A stretch of DNA of 64,000 nucleotides. Origin: Ulvibacterium sp. (lineage in GTDB: Bacteria > Bacteroidota > Bacteroidia > Flavobacteriales > Flavobacteriaceae). Every line of letters starts with the position of its first letter. The stretch's first letter is position 1. A program made the translations under genes and the position numbers. This document shows, piece by piece, positions 57,701-64,000 of this stretch. The notes beneath the pieces are model-generated. The model ran no database searches, was not told the origin of the DNA, and saw nothing but the letters and a program-made list of their open reading frames with translations. The DNA lies in assembly GCF_028285715.1 (NCBI RefSeq), contig NZ_JANQOO010000024.1, positions 9,539 through 73,538 of the forward strand. Direction: 5' to 3'.

Positions 57701-57973
57701 TTGGATGGGTATTACAAAGTGGGCGACCCTCAAAAGGCCCAAAAACTATATGCCAAACTAAAGAGGGTCTATCAAGAAAGGTTGTATTATTACTTAGCGC
57801 TACCGTCCCATGAAAAATATGATAACCTAGAAGAAATACTTATGGATTTACAAGCCTATCAGAGACTTCTTGATATTCTTGAACAAAATGGAGATTCTAA
57901 TATCCATGAATACGAAACGTTGGAATTCAATGAATATGTAAACAAGCTTCAGGATTTGTTAGATCAAGGTTAA
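54743..57973 (+). CDS. DUF2723 family polytopic membrane protein (glycosyltransferase-C-like, TMEM260-related)
   Basis: N-terminus [32 protein letters not shown] is the hallmark DUF2723 start. About 12 TM helices plus a large C-terminal soluble domain, 1076 aa. Confidence 0.7.
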   Translation: [1076 protein letters not shown]

Positions 57974-58022
57974 TTCATTTTTTGTTCAATGGAAAATATA
58001 TATCTTTAAACAAAAAAAAGAA

Positions 58023-58490
58023 ATGAAAAATTTACGACTAACCCTTTCCCTTTTGATTTTAGGTATTTGTGGAGCAAACTTGTCCGCCCAGGAAATTACT
58101 TCCTTTTCCGGAATGTGGGGCGAAAAATTTTACCAGGACAAGGAGCCACTTACCTGGAAGGAAATCGACGCCATTATGAAAGAAAATCAGGCTTCGGCCC
58201 TACATTGGCAAAAATCCAAAAAGAATATGGTGGGAGCCTTGATTGCCGGCACCGCTAATTTTGGGTCCGCTATCTGGTTGATTTCAAATTTGGATGACAA
58301 CGAGCCCCTTACAGGTCCAATTATTGCCGTTGCCGGTACGGGCATTATTAGTTCTATATTTTTCCATTCGGCCACGAAAAATAAAAAGATGGCAATTCTG
58401 GAATACAATGATAGTCTTGGCAAAAAAACATCCCTATATCTAACCCCTACAAGTAACGAAAATGGGGTGGGATTGGCTTTAAAATTTTAG
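58023..58490 (+). CDS. hypothetical secreted/membrane protein
   Basis: 155-aa ORF with a signal peptide (LLILGICGANLSAQ) and two internal hydrophobic segments. No recognisable family. Confidence 0.5.
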   Translation: MKNLRLTLSLLILGICGANLSAQEITSFSGMWGEKFYQDKEPLTWKEIDAIMKENQASALHWQKSKKNMVGALIAGTANFGSAIWLISNLDDNEPLTGPIIAVAGTGIISSIFFHSATKNKKMAILEYNDSLGKKTSLYLTPTSNENGVGLALKF

Positions 58491-58526
58491 GTTTTTTAGG
58501 CAGAAATTGGAAGGTCCAATTCGGAA

Positions 58527-59420
58527 TTAAGTAGTGAGTTCTGTGAACAAACTTTCCAAATTTCTATTCTTCCGGCTTAGCTGTAATGTTTTGAGTTGAT
58601 TGTCGTGGGCGAAATCGAAAATGGCCGGTCGCATATCCTTGGAAGTGCTAAAAGTAACCTCATACACAAAACCCCCCGTGTTTTTTACCTGGGAAACATG
58701 GGGAAGTTTTTGTAAAAAAGCTTCTTCTACCCGATAATCGAATTCTACCTCGATGACTTGTTCCTCCTCATCCCGCAAATCGTTCAGTTTTTTATCGGCC
58801 ACCAAAACCCCCTTATTCAAAATTAAAACCCTATCACAAACAGCTTCTACCTCCTTCATAATATGGGTTGATAGCAATATGGTCTTCTCTTTTCCAATTT
58901 CCTTGATGAGCCTCCGAATTTCCAACAGTTGATTGGGATCAAGTCCGGTAGTAGGCTCATCCAAAATAAGTACCTCCGGATCATGTAATAGGGCTGCCGC
59001 CAACCCTACCCGTTGACGATATCCTTTGGAAAGTTGTCCTATTTTTTTGTAGGCCTCTGGTCTAAGTCCCGTTCGTTCTATAATTTCTTCTATACGATTC
59101 TTATCAACTTTATGGACATCGGCATTAAAGGCTAGGTACTCCTTTACATAAAGGTCCAGATACAAAGGGTTGTGTTCAGGTAGATACCCAATACTCTTTT
59201 GGACAGATCTCTTAGCCGTGCGCACATTAAAATCATTCACCACCGCTTCTCCCTCATCCGCTTGGTGGTAAGTGGTCAAAATCTTCATCAAAGTAGACTT
59301 ACCTGCACCATTTGGCCCCAAAAACCCAACAATTTCACCCTTTTTAACATCAAACGAAACATTGTCCAGAGCTTTTTGGTTTCCGAATGTTTTGCTAATG
59401 TTTTTTACGGCAATGGACAC
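58527..59420 (-). CDS. gldA: ABC transporter ATP-binding protein, GldA-like (gliding-motility-associated)
   Basis: Walker A GPNGAGKST, signature LSKGYRQR, Walker B LILDEP. The ~297-aa length and N-terminus (MSIAVKNISKTFGNQKALDNVSF) resemble Flavobacterium GldA from memory. Gene symbol is tentative. Confidence 0.6.
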   Translation of the reverse strand: MSIAVKNISKTFGNQKALDNVSFDVKKGEIVGFLGPNGAGKSTLMKILTTYHQADEGEAVVNDFNVRTAKRSVQKSIGYLPEHNPLYLDLYVKEYLAFNADVHKVDKNRIEEIIERTGLRPEAYKKIGQLSKGYRQRVGLAAALLHDPEVLILDEPTTGLDPNQLLEIRRLIKEIGKEKTILLSTHIMKEVEAVCDRVLILNKGVLVADKKLNDLRDEEEQVIEVEFDYRVEEAFLQKLPHVSQVKNTGGFVYEVTFSTSKDMRPAIFDFAHDNQLKTLQLSRKNRNLESLFTELTT

Positions 59421-59691
59421 GGTTTCTAATGATTTTCACCAAAAATATGGCAAATACTATAAAGACCCATATATCTCCGAAGAATATTGAAAAAACAATT
59501 CTGTAGGGTTGAAAATGGGGTACATTGTCCTTTATCCGAAGTACATACGGTGTGCGTAATTCGTATTAAAATTGGGTTTTGAAAAATAAATGGACAAGGA
59601 TTGGCGTTAATTCTTGGAAAATCAAAAAAAGTAGACCCTAAAACTTAATTTATAAATTTAATTAGTACATTAGCCAAAGTTTTAAAGCACA

Positions 59692-59763
59692 ATGATAAAG
59701 CAATATTTCTTTAACGGTTTTTATTTCTACTTCTTTTTCAAGGGAAGAATGGGACTGTTGTAG
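59692..59763 (+). CDS. Phe/Tyr-rich leader peptide (23 aa: MIKQYFFNGFYFYFFFKGRMGLL)
   Basis: ATG...TAG ORF not in the supplied track. It has 7 Phe and 3 Tyr within 12 consecutive codons (59704-59739). It ends 25 nt before an intrinsic terminator that precedes pheA. Confidence 0.65.
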   Translation: MIKQYFFNGFYFYFFFKGRMGLL

Positions 59764-59787
59764 TGTATTGAAAACAAGATATAGTAT

Positions 59788-59820
59788 GAAGTCCCGTGAA
59801 AAACGGGACTTTTTTATTTG
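59788..59820 (+). terminator. attenuator terminator upstream of pheA
   Basis: 9-bp perfect stem AAGTCCCGT/ACGGGACTT (plus a G-U pair) with loop GAAAA, followed by a T-run (TTTTTTATTT). It lies 18 nt before pheA ATG 59838. The left arm can alternatively pair with AUGGGACU at 59749-59756. Confidence 0.8.
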
Positions 59821-59837
59821 CCATTTTTTGTAGCATA

Positions 59838-60665
59838 ATGGGTTTAAAGATAGCCATACAGGGAATAAAGGGATCCAACCATCATCAGGTTGTAAGGGAG
59901 TATTTTGACGATAAGGTAGATTTAGTGGAATGTCTGTCCTTTCACGGATTGGTGGATCGTTTGTTGGATGGTTCCGCCGATAAGGGCGTTATGGCCATTG
60001 AGAACTCCATCGCGGGATCCATTATTCCCAATTATGCCTTAGTATATGACAATGGCTTATATATTATAGGGGAGCACTATTTGAACATACACCACCATTT
60101 AATGGCTTTAAGGGGACAACGCATTGAGGATATTACCGAAGTGCGCACCCATCCTATGGCCTTATTGCAGTGTAGGGAATTTTTAAAGACCCAACCCCAC
60201 ATTAAGATGGTGGAAGACGTGGATACTGCGGAAACGGCCAAACAAATCGAAGAACATCAATTAAAAGGTATTGCGGCCATTGCACCTCGGGTTGCCGCAG
60301 AATTATATGGTTTGGAGATTATTGCCAAGGAAATACAGACCATAAAGAACAATGCCACAAGATTTATTGTCATAAAAACCAAGAACAAGGAACTTCCCAA
60401 GGACGAAATCAATAAAGCGTCCCTTCGATTTGAAACGGATCATAAAAGGGGCAGTTTGGCGACGGTGCTCAATGTAATGAGCGATTGTAACTTGAATTTG
60501 ACCAAAATTCAGTCCTTGCCCATTATAGAAACTCCTTGGAAATATGCCTTTTTTGTAGATGTTACTTTTGGACAATATGATAATTTTGCCAAGGCCAAAT
60601 CGCTTCTGGAAATTATGTCCGAAAATTTCAAGGTCATAGGAGAATATAAAAATGCCATGTTATGA
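59838..60665 (+). CDS. pheA: prephenate dehydratase
   Basis: KIAIQGIKGSNHHQV N-terminus, NATRFIVI motif, and C-terminal ACT domain. ATG 59838; the track ORF's GTG 59796 start lies inside the terminator. Confidence 0.88.
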   Translation: MGLKIAIQGIKGSNHHQVVREYFDDKVDLVECLSFHGLVDRLLDGSADKGVMAIENSIAGSIIPNYALVYDNGLYIIGEHYLNIHHHLMALRGQRIEDITEVRTHPMALLQCREFLKTQPHIKMVEDVDTAETAKQIEEHQLKGIAAIAPRVAAELYGLEIIAKEIQTIKNNATRFIVIKTKNKELPKDEINKASLRFETDHKRGSLATVLNVMSDCNLNLTKIQSLPIIETPWKYAFFVDVTFGQYDNFAKAKSLLEIMSENFKVIGEYKNAML

Positions 60666-61807
60666 TACAAACGGCAGAAAGACTTAATACGGTACAAGAA
60701 TATTACTTCTCTAAAAAGTTAAGGGAGGTGCGTCAACTTGTTGCGGAGGGTAGGCCCATTATCAATATGGGGATTGGGAGCCCCGATTTGGACCCATCTC
60801 CCGAGGTGGTGGACACCTTGCAGAATGTGCTTGGGGAATCCGGTGCACACCAATATCAAAGTTACCAAGGCTTACCCGAATTAAGGGGTGCCATGGCGGA
60901 TTTCTACCAATCCAAATTTGGGGTTGCCCTAGATGGTCTAAATGAGATTTTACCCTTAATGGGCTCCAAAGAAGGAATAATGCACATTAGTCTTGCTTTT
61001 TTGAACTCGGGAGACAAAGTCTTGATTCCGGATCCCGGATATCCTACCTATACTTCGGTAACCAAATTGGTGGGTGCCGTTCCCATAAAGTACGACCTTA
61101 CAGAATCTGGAGAATGGTTGCCCGATTTGAAGACACTGGCGGGTCATGATCTTTCCAAGGTTAAATTAATGTGGATAAGCTATCCGAACATGCCCACCGG
61201 TGCAACTATTACACATCAAAAAATGCAGGAATTGGTGGCGTTTGCCAAGGAAAATCAAATTCTATTGGTCAACGACAATCCATATAGTTTTGTGCTGAAT
61301 GAACATCCCACAAGTATTTTACAGGTGGAAGGTGCCAAAGAAGTTGCCCTTGAACTAAATTCACTGAGCAAAACCTTTAATATGGCAGGTTGGCGTGTCG
61401 GTATGGTCATGGGCAATGAAAGTCATATAAATGCCGTATTGAAGATAAAGAGCAATATGGACTCGGGAATGTTCTATGGAATACAGCAAGGTGCTGTAAC
61501 GGCATTACGAAGTGGGGGGGCATGGTTCAAAAAGCTGGACGCCGTTTATGCATCAAGGCGTCAATTGATGTTCGCCTTGGTAGACAAGTTAAATTGCACC
61601 TATGATAAGAATGCAGCAGGCATGTTTGTATGGGCTAAATTACCAGAAGGAAGTAAATCTTCTGAAGAATTCATTGATGAGGTATTGTACGATAAGGATG
61701 TTTTTATAGCACCGGGCACCATTTTTGGGGGTAATGGGGAAGGTTATATCCGGTTTTCACTTTGCGTGAAAGAGGATAAGATCAAGGAAGCAATAGCTAG
61801 GTTTTAA
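60662..61807 (+). CDS. class I/II PLP aminotransferase (probable aromatic/prephenate aminotransferase)
   Basis: 381 aa with NSLSKTFNMAGWRVG PLP-lysine motif. ATGA overlap with pheA, inside the aromatic operon. Confidence 0.8.
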   Translation: MIQTAERLNTVQEYYFSKKLREVRQLVAEGRPIINMGIGSPDLDPSPEVVDTLQNVLGESGAHQYQSYQGLPELRGAMADFYQSKFGVALDGLNEILPLMGSKEGIMHISLAFLNSGDKVLIPDPGYPTYTSVTKLVGAVPIKYDLTESGEWLPDLKTLAGHDLSKVKLMWISYPNMPTGATITHQKMQELVAFAKENQILLVNDNPYSFVLNEHPTSILQVEGAKEVALELNSLSKTFNMAGWRVGMVMGNESHINAVLKIKSNMDSGMFYGIQQGAVTALRSGGAWFKKLDAVYASRRQLMFALVDKLNCTYDKNAAGMFVWAKLPEGSKSSEEFIDEVLYDKDVFIAPGTIFGGNGEGYIRFSLCVKEDKIKEAIARF

Positions 61808-61869
61808 CAATGCATTTCATATGAGTTTTAGAAATCCAATATCCAAATCTATCATCCAACGTCAGTGAA

Positions 61870-62730
61870 ATGAACATATTCGTCATAGGTATAGGTCTAA
61901 TTGGAGGCTCCTTTGCAAAGGACATAAAAAGGTTGCGTCCTGACTCGAAACTATTCGGAGTAGATATCAATTCATCCCATTTGGATGAAGCGCTATCCTT
62001 GGGCATTATCGACATAAAATCCGGTTATCAGGATTTATCGTTAGCGGAAATGGTCATTGTAACCATTCCGGTTGATGTTCTAGTTACTGAACTACCTAAA
62101 ATTTTGGATGCCGTTAACGATGATTGCGTGGTCTTCGATGGTGGATCTACCAAAGGTCAGATTTGCAAAAGCTTGGAGCATCATCCGAAGCGTAGGAACT
62201 TTTTGGCCTGTCATCCTATTGCCGGGACAGAATATTCGGGTCCATCGGCGGCTTTGGAGGGTTTGTATAATGGTAAGACCAATATTATTTGTGAAGTGGA
62301 AAAGACCGCTTTTAAATTACAGGAACGGGCTTTAGGGCTGTTTCAGGAGATGGGTATGCGAATTCGTTATATGAATCCGGTGGCACACGACAGGCATATT
62401 GCCTATGTATCCCATTTATCGCATATTAGCTCTTTCATGTTGGGGAAAACAGTTATTGAAAAAGAAAAAAACGAAAGGGACATTTTTGATATGGCCGGTA
62501 GTGGATTTGAAAGTACGGTCCGTCTGGCCAAAAGCTCTCCGGCCATGTGGACCCCTATTTTTGAACAGAATAAGGAAAATGTAGTTGAGATATTAGAGGA
62601 TTACATCCAAAACTTGGAAGCGTTCAAAACACTTCTTTTGGAGAACGACTATGAGGGCATTTATAGCGAAATGGACAATACGAATAAAATAAAGGAAATA
62701 TTAAAAGGAATACCACTTAATAAACAATAA
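61870..62730 (+). CDS. tyrA: prephenate dehydrogenase
   Basis: N-terminal Rossmann motif VIGIGLIGGS and conserved HPIAG / HD...AY.SHL motifs. Confidence 0.85.
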   Translation: MNIFVIGIGLIGGSFAKDIKRLRPDSKLFGVDINSSHLDEALSLGIIDIKSGYQDLSLAEMVIVTIPVDVLVTELPKILDAVNDDCVVFDGGSTKGQICKSLEHHPKRRNFLACHPIAGTEYSGPSAALEGLYNGKTNIICEVEKTAFKLQERALGLFQEMGMRIRYMNPVAHDRHIAYVSHLSHISSFMLGKTVIEKEKNERDIFDMAGSGFESTVRLAKSSPAMWTPIFEQNKENVVEILEDYIQNLEAFKTLLLENDYEGIYSEMDNTNKIKEILKGIPLNKQ

Positions 62731-62731
62731 A

Positions 62732-63814
62732 ATGGAGAATACAAAGGAATTGAGAAAATGGCTGGATGATATGGATTTGCCGCATCCATTGGTGATAGCA
62801 GGGCCCTGTAGTGCAGAAACCGAGGAACAGGTATTACAGATTGCCCATGACTTAAAGGACACGGATGTAAATTATTATCGTGCGGGTATATGGAAGCCTC
62901 GTACCCGTCCGGGAAATTTTGAGGGTGTCGGTGCCTTGGGTCTAAAATGGTTACAGAAAGTAAAGGAGGAGACCGGATTAAAAACCGCTACTGAAGTTGC
63001 CAACAGAAACCATGTAGAACTGGCCCTGGAACATGATGTTGATCTACTGTGGATCGGTGCCCGTTCAACTGTAAGCCCATTTATTGTTCAGGACATTGCC
63101 GATGCCTTAGAGGGTACCGAAAAGATCGTTTTGATAAAGAATCCGGTAAACCCGGATCTTTCCTTATGGTTGGGTGCCGTGGAGCGCTTGCATACGGCCA
63201 ATATTAAAAAATTAGGAGTTATCCATCGTGGTTTTTCAACTTACGAAAAATCCAAGTACCGAAATATTCCGGAGTGGCAGCTGGCCATTGAGTTACAGAC
63301 CAAATTTCCAGACTTGCCCATTATCAATGATCCCTCGCACATTACGGGAAAAAGGGACATGATCTTTGATGTATCACAGACGGCCTTGGATTTGAATTTT
63401 GATGGACTTATGATCGAAACGCACCATGACCCGGACAATGCATGGAGCGATGCGGCACAGCAAGTTACACCCAAACGATTGGTTCAAATTATGGAAGATC
63501 TAAGAATTAGAAAAGAAACCGATAAGGAAGCAGAGTACAATAGCAAGTTGAACAACCTTAGAGCCCAAATAGATATTATTGACAATCAGTTGATTGATAT
63601 GCTCGGAAAGCGCATGAAGGTCTCTGACGGTATTGGAGAGCTCAAAAAGGAACGCAATGTAGCCGTACTGCAGACCAACCGGTGGAACGCCATTTTAGGA
63701 AAAATGATTTTGGAGGGCGAGTCCAAAGGGTTGAGCGAGGAGTTCGTCTTGAAAATGTTCAAGGCTATCCATCAAGAATCCATTAACCATCAGGAAAAGA
63801 TTATCAATGCCTAA
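62732..63814 (+). CDS. bifunctional 3-deoxy-7-phosphoheptulonate (DAHP) synthase / chorismate mutase
   Basis: Type I-beta DAHPS core (AGPCS.E, RAGIWKPRT, NDPSH) with a ~90-aa C-terminal AroQ-type chorismate mutase (LRAQIDIIDNQLIDMLGKRM...). Confidence 0.85.
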   Translation: MENTKELRKWLDDMDLPHPLVIAGPCSAETEEQVLQIAHDLKDTDVNYYRAGIWKPRTRPGNFEGVGALGLKWLQKVKEETGLKTATEVANRNHVELALEHDVDLLWIGARSTVSPFIVQDIADALEGTEKIVLIKNPVNPDLSLWLGAVERLHTANIKKLGVIHRGFSTYEKSKYRNIPEWQLAIELQTKFPDLPIINDPSHITGKRDMIFDVSQTALDLNFDGLMIETHHDPDNAWSDAAQQVTPKRLVQIMEDLRIRKETDKEAEYNSKLNNLRAQIDIIDNQLIDMLGKRMKVSDGIGELKKERNVAVLQTNRWNAILGKMILEGESKGLSEEFVLKMFKAIHQESINHQEKIINA

Positions 63815-63832
63815 AGGGTTGAATATAATAGA

Positions 63833-63875
63833 AGCGATCCGTTCCAATTTAAATGGAACGGATCGCTTTGTTTTG
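63833..63875 (+). terminator. strong intrinsic terminator closing the aromatic operon
   Basis: 14-bp perfect stem AGCGATCCGTTCCA/TGGAACGGATCGCT followed by TTGTTTT. Confidence 0.85.
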
Positions 63876-64000
63876 AGAACTTCCTTTCTTGAATCAATTT
63901 CAAAATGTCAATTGCTTAGGAAAGGCACCGGATTCCACTAATCTTTCTTAAAGACATAACGCGTAATAAAGATACCCTGACCGTCTTTATCTCCGGCATC

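Noticed and set aside
63938-64000. Open minus-strand frame entering from the window edge and ending ...GIFITRYVFKKD-TAG
   Set aside because: Only 20 codons are visible, which is too short to identify or to claim as a gene. It may be the 3' end of a convergent gene sharing the terminator at 63833-63875.
1-64000. Searched by eye for CRISPR repeats, tRNA/rRNA genes, IS inverted repeats, integrases and long direct repeats
   Set aside because: None found. The only repeated non-coding sequence is the shared core of the two SAM-I riboswitches. Intergenic spacers are short. A computational scan (tRNAscan-SE, Infernal, repeat finders) would be needed to exclude small elements.

Overview
This 64-kb window reads like core chromosome of a Flavobacteriia-type Bacteroidota organism. 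Supporting signs are repeated TAnnTTTG -7 promoter boxes, no obvious Shine-Dalgarno sites, and a GldA-like ABC ATPase, DUF5686, TonB and DUF2723 proteins. I call about 58 tightly packed protein genes. By eye I found no rRNA, tRNA, CRISPR array, IS/transposase, integrase, phage or recognisable defence genes. Contents in order: (1) housekeeping genes: SDR, TPR protein, SprT-like, manC, DUF389, MlaFE-like ABC, PafA-like phosphatase, murI, folA. (2) An ergothioneine module, egtB-egtD-DUF427, lying between thyA and folA, next to a class-V PLP enzyme. (3) nupC, bifunctional nuclease, etfBA, pdhB, DUF5686, soluble plus membrane pyrophosphatases, tonB, App1-like phosphatase, deoxynucleoside kinase. 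(4) A ~21-kb same-strand sulfur/methionine supercluster. Its order is metK, SAM-I riboswitch, metY, a MetX-aspartokinase-homoserine dehydrogenase triple fusion, a MetB-like enzyme, an Rrf2 regulator, DUF2061, cysH, cysD, cysN, sulfite reductase, cobA, a TrxR-type FNR, a second SAM-I riboswitch, split metH with an interposed small ORF, and metF. (5) An envelope-related group: acyloxyacyl hydrolase, DUF2807, serine hydrolase, membrane-anchored LuxR, DUF2723. (6) A gldA-like gene. (7) An aromatic amino-acid operon: pheA, aminotransferase, tyrA, DAHP synthase/chorismate mutase. I did not find a convincing new multi-gene system such as a defence island. The best candidates for undescribed biology are regulatory elements and domain-architecture features. 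Examples: an unannotated Phe/Tyr-rich leader-peptide attenuator before pheA; DUF427 translationally coupled to egtD; an ABM-like ORF wedged inside split metH; a helical C-terminal extension on sulfite reductase; a structured metK leader that is not SAM-I; and a perfect 28-bp palindrome in the etfB/pdhB divergent promoter region. All protein calls rest on motifs recognised by eye in the supplied translations. No alignments or covariance models were run, and start codons are best guesses.
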